Below the pieces are notes generated by a model. The model was not told the DNA's origin, made no database searches, and saw nothing but the letters and a program-made list of their open reading frames with translations. This document shows, in pieces, positions 23,626 to 36,318 of a stretch of DNA of 46,877 nt. The DNA is from Geosiphon pyriformis uo1 (taxonomy: Eukaryota; Fungi; Glomeromycota). The stretch is from positions 165,104 through 211,980 of the forward strand of contig JAAOMT010000376.1 in the NCBI GenBank assembly GCA_016748015.1, read 5' to 3'. The position numbers and the translations under genes were made by a program. Position 1 is the stretch's first letter, and every line of letters starts with the position of its first letter.

Positions 23626-25007
23626 ATGAACATACAAAAATATCAACAACTGCAACATTATATAAATACTTAACAGTTTAAGGAGAATTTATCTCAAACA
23701 GAATGAAAGAGTATCAAACAACAATCAAAATATTTTATCACTTACCAAAATATACTTTATCAAAAAAATAGAAGAGATCTAGAGCAATCATCCAAAGTAA
23801 TTACAGAGCCAGAAAAAGAGACAATATTATTCAACATGCATTCAAATCCAACAGCAGGACACTTTCACAAAGAAGCAATCATGGAAAGAACCAGAAAAAG
23901 ATACTATTGGTCATCAATGTATCCAAACATTATCCAATATGTTCAAAATTGTAATGCTTGTCAGCGAAGAGGAGATACGAAACCCAGTGAACCATTAAGA
24001 CAATCAAAGTAGAACAATCATTTGATCGTATTGGAATTAATTTAGTCAGATCATTAACAATCACCAGCGGAGGAAACAGATACATAGTAGTAGCCATGGA
24101 CTATCTCACTAAATGGCCAAAGGTAAAAGCAATTCAAAAAGCGGATGCAGAATCCATTGCCGAATTTGTTCATCAAGATTTAATTTGTCGACATGGATGT
24201 CCAAAGGAATTATTATCAGACCAAGGAACTCATTTTGTAAACAAAACATTAACAGAATTGAGCCAAAAATTCGGAATTAAGTGACCATTATCATCACTAT
24301 ACCATCCACAAACCAATGGATTAGTCGAAAAATTCAACAGAACATTGTGTGAAGCAATAACTAAACTCAGCCAAGAAAACCAGAATGATTGGGATTTGTT
24401 GATACCATCAGTACTATTTGCTTATCGGACAATGAAGCAAGATACTACACAAGCAATATCATTTGAATTAGTATATGGTAGAACAGCAATACTACCAGTG
24501 GAAATAGAAGTCAGCACATACCCAACCAAACCAATAACAGAAGAGAATTTCAAAAACACATTGTTAAGAAGAACATATGACTTAATAGAAACATTAGAAA
24601 ACAAATGACAAAAAGCAGCTGATAACATACAAAAGTCACAAGAGAAACAAAAAGAAAGACATGATAACCAACTACCAAATAAACCAGTTGAATTTAAGAT
24701 TGGAGACAAAGTACTACTACATTATACTAAAGCAGAAAAACAATGGAGTGAAAAATTTGATCCCAAATGGGATGGACCATTTCACATAGAAAAAATTCTA
24801 GGAAATGGAGCTTACAAATTAAGATTGAATAACAAAATCTTAATCAAAGCAGCACATAGAGATCGACTGAAACCATACCACCATATAGCATCATTATCCA
24901 CCAGTAATATTTTACAATTAGGAGTACAGAGAATACTAGTCCAACCAAATAAGATTCCACGAGATCTGGAACCAATCATTATTATTGATAACAACACGTC
25001 CAATTGA
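23626..25007 (+). pseudogene. Integrase of element A, apparently its own ORF
   Basis: ATG at 23626 with an in-frame TAA just upstream. MHSNPTAGHFH..YYW..C.AC, DDE core, GPF/Y motif (PKWDGPF), HRDRLKPY. No chromodomain is visible. Confidence 0.85.
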
Positions 25008-25030
25008 TCGACAAAAGAATATATAAAAAT

Positions 25031-25690
25031 ATGGTTGACGTGACAGAAGAGATCAGAAAAATGGAAATTACGAACAATATCTATTCACTAGCCCAACAAA
25101 TTTTTTAATTAATCCAACACCAGAAGATAGAAATTACAATCAATCAACAAACCATTTGTTACAAAAATATGGCAAAGATACCACAAAACAAAGCACAGAA
25201 AAGACTTGAAAATGTTGTCAACAAGATCATGACCAAGATAAAATTGGCCATAAAAGAACAACAAATAGTTGGATTACACCAAAAACTTACCAGAGAAACT
25301 TGGACTTGGTGGATGCAACAATTTCCGAAAAACTATTGCCATTTCGACTTGGGACAACATGTAAATATCCAGAATTTGTATACTGACAAAACAAAATGGT
25401 TATTTGACACCACAATACTGGGACAACTAGAACAATTTGTGAAAAAGAACAATCTAACCACACAAGCTTGAGCCATTTACCAGCTATATATGGGATTTCA
25501 AGACTGACCAGAAATCTTACTCAACACAGCAATGGATATAGTTACGAGTAATCAATTGGGAAAAATAACCAACACCCAATTTGAAGAACTATAAACTAAA
25601 ATAACACAAGTAATACTCGAAAAAGAAGTTCAAGAAATAATTCAAGAAGGGGAATTAAAAGAATTAGATTTCGATGGAGCTCAATATTAA
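25031..25690 (+). pseudogene. ORF3 of unknown function (~219 codons when four CAA/CGA-type premature stops are read through)
   Basis: Continuous frame from ATG 25031 to TAA 25690. A collinear homolog is in E (~32270-32933). No hydrophobic TM segment. Confidence 0.7.
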
Positions 25691-25703
25691 AAGAAGGGAA
25701 TAA
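25689..25703 (+). promoter_or_regulatory. Polypurine tract
   Basis: AAAAGAAGGGAATAA immediately before the 3' LTR. The equivalent site before 32948 in E is G>A-decayed. Confidence 0.85.
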
Positions 25704-26578
25704 TGTTACTCATAGAATATAGGAAATATAGTATTATTAGTCAGTAGATATTAGCCAATCAGAGGTAGACATAGTAAATATGGAATTCCAGAATTTCTCT
25801 CAGAGGAATTGCAGGATTCCAGAAATTTCAGAATTCCCTGATAAGGAATTGCAGGATTCCAGAATTCCAGGATTCTTTTTATCAGGAATTACAAGATTCC
25901 AGGAATCCCAAAATTCCTGTTAAAAAGAATTAAGGAATTAAGGAATCTCAATTATGTATATATAGCAGTAGGATTAGAAGCTAAAAAGACAGACCTCTAA
26001 AGTTTAGATTTAATTTAAGCAACTCTCCAAAAATCACAATTATCTAATAAATAACTATTTGTTATCTTAAATCTATTTCCACTATCAACACTTCATGTTG
26101 ATAGTAATCAACACTTAATTACACTGGAACAATAGCTCTTGATCATGGCTATTAACAGAATACTAACTTGCAAATCACCTTGGCTTATTTCTTTTCTTTT
26201 TTTATTTTCTTTTTTTTTCTTCATTTTCTTGCTTTGAGTTTATTGTTGTTTACTAATTCTATTGAGGATTAATGCATGGGGCACTGATGTCAGGATAAAC
26301 GTAACTGGTAAAAGACTCAGGAATAAGGATAGAACACTCAATTGAGGATAGCTTACCAGAAGGAATACCAGCCATCAAGCTGAGAAAGAAATTGACGAAA
26401 CTGTGGTTTCGGGAAGCTATGGATAAAACTATTATCATTGAATTTCTGTCTATTATATAAAGAACTCAACCAAAACCTTCAGATACAAATCTTCAGATCA
26501 TTATCAACTGTGACTCAATTTGAGCACCAAGTTACGGGTTTTTATTTAATCTAACAAAAGAAATATTCATCTGTAACA
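25704..26578 (+). repeat. 3' LTR of element A
   Basis: TGTTACTCATAG...TGTAACA, preceded by the PPT and not followed by a PBS. Long stretches are identical to 6270-7104. Confidence 0.9.
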
Positions 26579-29500
26579 CCAGTGTGGTTTCTTCGAGTTC
26601 GAAAAGAAAGATAGCTGCTAGAGATTTATCATTGGAGATGGTTGCTGGTGGAATTGTGTTGGTAAGTAATTGCTAATTGGATTCCAGTTTGTTGGATGTG
26701 ACATCTTTTGGGGTAACTAAAAGACTTAAATAGTGTTGGAAATTTGGGTTTTGGGCATAACTGGTATCCAAATTCTGTGGGTGTGATCCTGATTGTGAGT
26801 TTAATGAACTGGGGACCAGTTAGTGAACAACTATCGCCGATCTCCAGTTTTGAGTAACTCTGAATTAAGAGTTGTCTGATGTCATTTGATCTGGGTTCTG
26901 GGGTGGTGTTTAAATTGGTTGGAATTAATAGATAATTTGTGGCTGTGGTTGATATATTACTTGTGGCTGTGGTTAATAAATCGGGGTTTGATATACTGGT
27001 GTAGGCATTTGATACATTGGCTGCATCACTGGCAGGTAAGCGGGTTGATATTGTTCCTGATTTTGTTGATATCTCGAAGTTTGAAATTGGCAATTGGGGT
27101 TTCTATATTGATTTCTCGATTGCAGATGGTTATAAGTGTTGCAGTTTGCTCTGATGTGCCCTTGTTTACCACAGTTGTGACAGACATGCATCTCTGGCTG
27201 CCACTGCTGATTGGCCGATGTTGAGAGACACGCTTGATTTTGGGAATGATTGTAGTTTCCTGGATTGCTGCATCATTGAGGCGGTTGATAAATTGTGCAA
27301 TTATTAGCTAAGTATCTTTCCAATTTCTGATTAATTGAATTACTGAATTGTTTCAATTTGGAGTCCAATTCAGATGATCCATTCATCACTAGATTGACAG
27401 CTTGGGCATGGTTAGCCTCGAGTTCTATGGCTTTAAAATCTCTAGTGTATATAATTGCAGTTGATAGATCAGCTGGGTGCATTGGGTGTACTCATTAGAA
27501 GATGTTGCTGTGCAATCTTCTGATAAACTGATTTAAAATTTGTGGTGCTGTGAAGTAGTTAGCTTCAATGGCCTGAATCTGATGCAGATTTTTATGGAAG
27601 CATCCCAGGTAAATGATAACTGCTTCAGTGTTTCCTTGTTTGATGGTGTTGAAGGTGTTGGCTAATCTGTTGATGCTATTATTATTGCTGAAATATCTCA
27701 GAAACTCGGTTTTGAACTGCTGAAATGTCTGTGATGGAGTGACTAAACTCTGATACTATGCATTTGCAGTATCCTGGAAAAAATAAGGGATTGCTTGAAG
27801 GGCTCTGGCATTGTCCTAATTATTGGCAATGATTGCTTTGGCGATGTCGTTTATCCATGTTTGTGCATTGTCTTTATTGCCAATAAATTTTTCAAGTTTG
27901 GCTATAGATGCATATGCCATTTGTTGCTGTACAGGTTGTTGAAGTTGTTGTGGTGGTGGTTGAAGCGGCTGTTGGGCAGATTGTTAAAGAGACAGTTGAT
28001 TTGGTTGATGTGGCTGTTGGATGGATTAGTGTATAGATTCAGCTATTGGATCAATTGGTGGTTGATCGATGACAATATTCGAAGGTAAGTTATTTTGATT
28101 AATTTGTTCGGGGTTTTGCGGTGTTTGAATATTCAGAGTTGCATTTTCCGAATTTTCTAAATTTGGGTTTATCGGAGTTTGAAAATTTAGGGTTTCGAAT
28201 TCCGAGTTTTCTGAGATCAGGTTTTGGTAGGTGAATCCTTAATCCTCACTTCTTTCCTCTTCTTCTTCTGATAATTCCCATAGAGTAGCAGCTCTGAAAT
28301 CTGGTTGAAATATTGGTGATCGAATTCCTGATAGCATTAGGGATCATGATTTAAATTCTTTAAAATATGTTCCATATGGTCTTAGTAAGTCTTTTTTCCA
28401 TTGTTTGCTTTGGAACTGAAATCTTCCAAATGTTGATATGACATTTGAGATAAATGCGTCTGCTGATGAAATGTTGATGGCACTTCCAGGTGTGTAGTAA
28501 TATGATGGAGCAGTTGGTGATTCTACTCTGTGTTTCTTCCAACTAGGTAACTGTATTTCTTTTGGTGTTGTTGCTGGTGTTTGTATTCTTCCTTTACCTT
28601 TGTTTGCGTAAGTAATGGGAAATTGTTGTTGCATGTATCTTTCAATGGTTTGATTAATTTCCCTGATGATTGGGGTGAAACTGTGATTTTTTGGTAAGCT
28701 AGTGTGTTGAAATAACTCTGTATAGAAATTTTCTCTTGCTGACTCGATATTAACAGTTCCTTCTAGGCAGTCTGTGATTTTATCATTGACATAATAGTTG
28801 AAGGCTGATTCGGCTAGGTAGTGATTATTGTTTAATCTTAATAGTTGGCTGTATTGTTAAAACAAGAATTTTGCGAATCCTAAGTAGTTGGCTTCTATAA
28901 TTTCTGATTCTGCCACATTTAAATTTGTGTTGGTACTGGTTCTCTGTAGGATTATACCTCACAGAAAGCACCAAATGTTACAGATGAGTTTTTGGGGTGT
29001 CAAGTGAATAACAAATCCGTAACTTGGTGCTTAAGATGATTGGTGACAATAATAATCTGAAGATATTTTATCTAAAGATTTTTCAATTGAGTTCTTTGTA
29101 TAATGAACAGAAATTCAATGGTAACAGTTTATTAGTAGTTTCTTGAAACTGTAGTTTTGTCAATGGCTTGCTCAGCTTAATGGTTGATGATTCTTCTGGT
29201 ACGATATCCTTTGTAAGTGTATATCAGTGCTGTTTTTTGACATTAGTTTCTCTGTAAGTCCTCCAAGAGTAAGTATTGGTTAAGCAAGTTTATTCTTTTG
29301 TAAGTCCTCCAAGAGTAAGTATTATTTAAGTAAGTTTTATTCCTCCGTAAGTTCTCCAAGAGTAAATCTTTTAATCAAGTTAGTAGACAACAAAGAAAAT
29401 AAAAAAAGATAAAAAAAGAAAATAAGAAATAAGCCAAGGTAATTTGCAAGTTAGTATCCTGTCAATAGCCATGATCAAGAGCTATTGTTCTAGTATAGTT

Positions 29501-29903
29501 AAGTATCAGTTACTATCAACATAAAGTGTTGATAGTAAAAAATAAATTGGATATAATAAATAATTATTTATTTGAGGATTGTGGTAACTAAGCTAAGGAT
29601 TTTTGGTGTTGATTTTATTTTTTCTGCTTTTAATACTACTGCTATATATACATATTTAAGATTCCTCAATTCCTTAATTCCTTGCAACAGGAATTCTGGA
29701 ATTCCTGGAATTCTGCAATTCCTAATGAGAGGAATCCTGGCATTCTGAAATCCTGCGATTTCTTGTCAAAGAATTCTGAAATTCCTAGAATCCTGCAATT
29801 CCTCTGAGAGAAATTTTGGAATTCCACATTTACTACGTCTACATCTGATTGGCTAATATCTACTGACTAATAATAGTATATTTTCTATATTCTATGAGTA
29901 ACA
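26579..29903 (-). mobile_element. LTR retrotransposon D (family A), 5' LTR 29903-28976, PBS and gag (28916-26579) only
   Basis: LTR, PBS TGGTGCTTTCTGTGAGG, VAESE.. gag, AIPYF, CHNCGKQGHIRANC knuckle. Cut before the protease by the 3' LTR of A. Inserted into the RT of E. Confidence 0.85.
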
Positions 29904-32900
29904 TTGTATTTACTACCAGAGAGAGAAACTTTGAGTTTGAAATAATGCTATTTGGCTTAACCAATGTTCCAGTCACCTTTTAATAACTAATAAAAATTGT
30001 TTATATTAGACTACTATGGAAATTAGTAGTCATGTATTTGGATAACACCAATGTGTTTTCAAAAACATTTGATGATCATTTTTATTATCTACAGCAAGTG
30101 TTTAAAAAACTAAGACAAGCAGAACTAAAGTTAAATACAACCAAATGTTTTTTTGACAAAACAGAACTGAAATTTTTGGGATATATTATGAATAAAGACA
30201 GCATCAAAACAGATCCAAATAAGATTGAGATAGTCAAAAACTTTTCAGTACCAACAAATTTTACAAAATTAAGAGCATTCTTGAAATTTGCTAAATACTA
30301 TTGCTAATTTATTGAGAACTTCTCCAAATTGGCTTAACCACTTTATTAGCTTCAAGCCAAGAATGTAAAATATAAATAGATGGAAATTCAACAAAAAGCC
30401 TTTGATATTTTAAGAAAAAAGCTTATTTAAGCACCAGTATTGATCTATTTAGATCATAGCAAGCTATTTATTATTACTACTGATGTATTAAGACAAGCAT
30501 TAGGAGCTGTAATATCTCAAAGAGGACTGAATAGAAAAAAACACCCAGTAGTATATGCTAGCCGAAACTTAAGCCCAGCTGAAAAAAATTATAAAACTTT
30601 AGCACTAGAACATTTGGCTATTTATTAGACTGTTATTAAATAGAAAAAATACTTGAGTCAAAAGTTTAACATATATACTGATCACAAAGAATTAACATCA
30701 ATTCAGAAACAAGAATTTAGAAACAACTGCTATACAAAATAAAAAATAAAACTTTTACTATTTAATTATACAGTACATTATAAAAAAAAAATGGAAATGC
30801 CAACAGTTTGTTACAAATAAAACAAATCTAAGAACATTTTAAACCCAAAAATATAACAAAAGATGAATACACAAAAATATCAACAACTCCAATACTATAT
30901 TAATACTTAGCAGTTCAAGGAGAAATTATCTTAAAAGAAACAAAACAGTATAAAACAACAATCAAAATATTTTATTATTCACCAAAATATACTATATTAA
31001 AAAAACAGAAAAGATCCAGATTAATTACTTAGAGTAATTACAGAACCAGAGAAAGAAACAATATTATATAACATGCATTCAGATTTAACAGCAGGATATT
31101 TTCATAAAGAAGCAACTATGAAAAAAATCAGAAAAAGATATTATTGGTTATCAATATATCCAGATATTATCCAATATGTTTAAAATTGTGATGTTTGTTA
31201 AAAAAAAAGAGGAACAAAATCCAGTAAACCACTAAGACCAATTAAAATAAAACAATTATTTAATAAAATTGAAATTAACTTAGATAGACTATTAATAATA
31301 ACTAGCAAAAGCAATTATTATATAGCAGTAGCCATAAACTATCTCACAAAATGACCAAAAGCAAAAGCAATTTAAAGAGCAAATGCAGAATCTGTAGCCA
31401 AATTTGTTTATTAAGATTTGATTTGCTAATACAGATGTTTAAAAAAATTGTTATCAGATTAAAAAATTCACTTTGTAAACAGAACATTAACAGAATTAAG
31501 CCAAAGATTTGGAATTAAAAGACTATTATTATTACTATATCATTCATAAACAAATAGTTTAGTTGAAAAGTTCAACAGAATATTGTGTAAAACAATCACC
31601 AAAATCAGTTAAAAAAACCAGGATAAATAGGATTTGTTTATACTATCAATACTATTTGTTTATTGAACAATGAAACAAAATACTATATAAGCAACACTAT
31701 TTGAACTTGTTTATAGTAGAACAGCAATATTATCAATGGAAATAGACATTAATACATATCTAACAGAACCAATAACAGAAGCCAATTTACAAAGAACACT
31801 GCTGAAAAAAACATATGACTTAATAGAAACTTTAGAAAACAAAAAACAAAGAGCAGTTAACAATATACAAAAGTTACAAAAAAAGCAAAAAGAGTAACAT
31901 GATAACTAATTACCAGACAAACCAATTGAATTTAAAATTGAAGACAAAGTACTCTTATATTATATCAAAGTAGAAAAACAATGGAGTGAAAAATTTGATC
32001 CCAAATAGGATGAACTATTTTATATTAAAGAAATTCTAAAAAATAGAGCTTATAAACTAAGATAGGACAACAAAATTTTAACTAAAGCAGCACATAGAGA
32101 TCAACTAAAATTATATTACAATACAGTATTATTATTTACCAGTAATATTTTACAATTGGGAGTACAATGAATACTAGTCCAACCAGATGAGATTTTACGA
32201 GATTTAAAACCAATTATAATCATTAATACAAACATATCAAATTGATCAACCAGAATAATATATAAAAACATGATATACATGACAAAAGCAACAAATAAAA
32301 AATGAAAATTACTAATAATATTTATTTACTTGTACAACAATTATTCCAACTGATTCAACAACAAAACATGGAAATTATAATTAACCAACAAATTATTTAA
32401 TACAAAGAAAATAAAAAAAAAACCCAATATAAGATACATAAAAAACTGGAAAACACCATAAACAAGATAATAAAAAAAGTAAAATTGACAATTGAAATAC
32501 CAGAAACAGCTGTATCATACCAAGAATTGATAAAAAAAACTTAGAATTAGTGGATACAACAATTTCCAAGATACTTTTATTATTATTACTTAGAACAAAA
32601 CCTAAATATTTAAAACTTGTATATTAATAAAACAAAATGGTTATTTAACACAACAATACTATAACAACTGGAACAATTTGTGAGAAAAAACAATTTGTTC
32701 ATATAGGCATAAGTCATATATTGGCTATACACAGGATTTTAAGATTAATTAGCAATACTACTTAATCCAGTAATGGATACAGTTACTGTTAACTAATTGA
32801 ATAAAATGACCAATACTTAATTTGAAAAATTACAGATCAAAATAATCCAAATAATTCTTGAAAAAAAAGTTTAAAAGTTAATTAAAAATAGAAAATTAAG

Positions 32901-33884
32901 AGATATAGAAAATCTTGACAGAGCTTAATATTAAAAAAAAAGAATAATGTTACTCATAGAATATAGGAATTATATATATTAGTACATAAATTAGCCAATT
33001 AGAACAAGATATAGTAAAAGTGGAATTTCAGAATTCTTCTTAGAGAAATTGCAGAATTCCAAAATTACAGAATTCTTGTATAAAGAATTACAGAATTCCA
33101 AAATTCTAGAATTTTTCTTAAGAAATTACAGAATTTCTGAAATTTTAGGATTCCTAGTTAGAAAATTAAAAAATTCAAGGAATCTCATACAATGAAATTT
33201 ATGTATATATAATAATAGTGTTAGAAGCAAAAAAGACAAAATCCTTAGTTTTTTTAGAATTTTTAGTTCCAATTTCATATCTATCTTTTTATATGATAGT
33301 ATTCTATGACTTGAAATAGAAACATCAAATATCAATAAACATACTTATTACTATTATAATCCATCTTTTTGCTATCAACAATCTATGTTGATAATTACTA
33401 ATACTTAATCACACTAAAACAATAGCTCTTGATTACAGTTATTGATGGGATAATAATTCTTATTTTTTTTCTTTTTTTCTTTATTTTTATTTATTTATTT
33501 TATTTTTTTGTTGTTTGTTAATTTACTAAACTTATTAAAAAGATTAATTACTAAGTAATTAATGTCAAAGATAACCTGGTAAAAGACCCCAAAAAAAGAG
33601 TATAGAGTTTAAAAAATTTATATATAAGCTTATCAAAAGAACATGATTATTAGAATAAACTGGCTGTCATGCTAAAAAAAGAAATTCAATGGAATTGTGA
33701 TTCCAAAAAACTACTAACACAACCAATGAATCTCTGTCTATTATACAAAAAACTCAACCAAAACCTTCAGATAGAAAACTTTTAGATTATAAAAACTTTT
33801 AGATATTAACAACCATATTACTTATTAAGTACCAAGTTATGGATTTGTTATTTGTTTCCAAACTTCAAATAATCACCTGTAATA
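29904..33884 (+). mobile_element. LTR retrotransposon E, 3' half (RT-RH, IN, ORF3, PPT, 3' LTR 32948-33884), heavily mutated
   Basis: Collinear with A ~22628-26578 but with many more C>T/G>A changes. The LTR ends TGTAATA. Confidence 0.9.
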
Positions 33885-34639
33885 GCGGCCTTTTTCATGT
33901 TTTTCTCTAAAATAAAAGTAAATCAAATGATTTTTTCAAATTTTGAGAAAATAATAATCTTTCCAAAATCATTAATTATTGAAAATAATTTTCTGATTAA
34001 TTAAGTTTTTACAGTCATTGATTTGTTTTCTACAGCTAAAAAATTAATATTTAATATAAAAGATTTTTTAACTGCCACTTTAATCTGATTTTTGATTATC
34101 TTTAGATCAATTTATTTTTTGTTAAAAAAATAAGTAGACAGTAAAAAAAAGAGACCTCATCTTTATTATTCCTTTCAAAGACTAAAAAGCCAATAGAACC
34201 AATTATAGCACCAATATTAATCCTCTTTGTTTTAGATGTACTTATCTTAGAATTTGACTGGATTTTACTTTTACTACTAGTATTATTATCTATATTTATA
34301 TTAGCAAATTGGCCAGTAATTCTTTCTGAATTTTTAAAACTTAAATTTGTTTTATTACCAGAATGCTTAATATTGCAGTCAAAGAGATTTTAAATTTCAT
34401 AGATCAATTTTGAAATAATCCACAAAAAATTTTTGTAATCTAATTGGTGTTCAGTATTATTAGCATAGAGAATTTGATAATATTTTATTAATCAAATACT
34501 TTAAATAAAAATCGAAACTAACAGTAGAAACATATTTTTATAAACACAAAGTTTCAGAATCTATAAGGATCTACACAATTTTATATAGTAGTTTTTTATT
34601 AAATTGGATTTAAAATTACGTCTTGCTTTATAATAAATA

Positions 34640-35625
34640 TCAAAGACTTACCCTGTTTATTTGAATCTCTTATCAATAAATATGATGAAAGTCAATTAGT
34701 AAAATATAAGACCAAAGAAAGTCAAAGATGACAACATGTATCAGTTAGTGTTACAGCAGAAAGAATAATGAAAATAACTAAGTATCTTCCTAGATTAACT
34801 ATATTACTTAACTCTCTAAACAATTACTTTTTATGTAAAAAACATTATAATTAGATTATTATTAAAAAGTCTTTTATTAAACAAATTACTAAATTAAATG
34901 ATTCAACTTTTTTAGATTTAGAAAAAACAGAAAGAAAAAAACCAAGACTTTCTAATGATAACAAGTTGTTAGAATTAGAAAAAACTTTTTCTGATTTGGA
35001 GTCCAAGTATTTTTGCCAAATCTAATATATGAAGTTTATATAAAATAGATACAAGAGCTAGAAGATATCAATCAGCAATTATTATTTGAGAATACAACAT
35101 TAAAGAAACAATTAAATAAAGCATTTAATAATTAACAAAGTTGTATTAAATCCATAACAGAAATTGCCAAAAGAGAATGAAGTAATTTATATAATGATAT
35201 AATAAGTTTGAAAAAAAATCATGAACATTTTAGTTTAGATAGTTTTTTAGAGTATTGTTTTTTAACATGGCTTACAAAACAAATCTAGTCATTGTAAGAT
35301 TTATTGAAACTCTTATTCATAATAAAGATGAATATCAAAATGAAGAGGAAAAGCTTTTTAAGTGTGTTGTAGCAGTTAATATTATATATAGATCAAGACA
35401 CTTAAAATATGTTTCTGCTATTAATTTAGCCATTTCAGCAATCAAATATTCAATAGCAAGATCGAAAATAGTCATTGATATTGATAATTATATTATAAAT
35501 TCTGGTTGCTATAAAAAGTTTACTAATTGATTAAAAAGTTTGGTTATAAAACAGTCAAAGCTTCCCAAAGGATTTTTATTTTTAGCCTTTGACAATGAAC
35601 AAAAAGGTTAAAAAAATTACTTAGT
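34640..35625 (+). pseudogene. Degenerate gene fragment, possibly from a DNA transposon
   Basis: Read through stops: LC.KHYN (zinc-finger-like), coiled coil, ..SRHLKYVSAINLA..., LFLAFDNEQKG.KNYL. AT-biased decay like the neighbouring TEs. Family not identified. Confidence 0.35.
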
Positions 35626-36318
35626 TGATGTGAAAACATATTTATTGGGTATATATTGGAATTCTTATGCTCTGAGTTTTATTACTGGTCACATTTCTTT
35701 TCCTAAGAAAAGATAAATTTAAACTTTGTTTCTAGTTAATTTGCTTAAGCAATGTCCTATTAACAAACTTGTTCCCAGAAGATCTCATTGGGCCATTATT
35801 CTCACTTGTAGGTCTGTTAATTTTTTCTTCTAATACAGAGAAAAAGTAATCTTGTTAGCCAAAGTTTGATCCAGAGTAACTTTATTGATACCTGCAGCAA
35901 CAGTCTTCAAAGCACTACCAGTCTCTAAAGCACCACTAGTCTTCAAAGCACCAAGAGCAGCAGTACTGTACCATATGTTAACTATTATTAAAACTTTTAT
36001 AATATCTGCAAACAACAAGTCAGATATAATAGTTCTATTATTGTCTTTTAATGGTAGTGGCAACTTATAAAGAAGAAGAGTAATTGAATATTGTAATATT
36101 TCAGAAATTTTGTTTAGTGTTCTACAATCATTTCCAGAAACTTTTCTAATTTTTTTTACTACCCTAAAAAGAATGATTTCTATTGACAAATTGGGAAATC
36201 TCTCTGACTGTATTGCCAAATAACAACTTCTGCTTTTAAGCCAAGCTTTTACTAATAGAACTTAAAGCTATATTTTTGAACAACTTTTTTTTAACACTAA
36301 AATCACTTATAGTAGCAG

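Larger units (their letters stand above)
6270..26578 (+). mobile_element. Ty3/gypsy-type LTR retrotransposon A (outer element; gag interrupted and partly deleted where element C sits)
   Basis: Highly similar direct LTRs at 6270-7104 and 25704-26578. PBS and gag start follow the first LTR. The gag end, PR, dUTPase, RT, RH, IN, ORF3 and PPT precede the second. The flanks are not a clean TSD (CCAC vs CCAG, unrelated host sequences). Confidence 0.75.

Noticed and set aside
25031-25690. ORF3 as an envelope gene
   Set aside because: No signal peptide, TM helix or furin-type site is visible.
35830-36219. 129-aa minus-strand ORF with GAL(K/E)T repeats
   Set aside because: Probably a decayed fragment; I could not assign it to any family.
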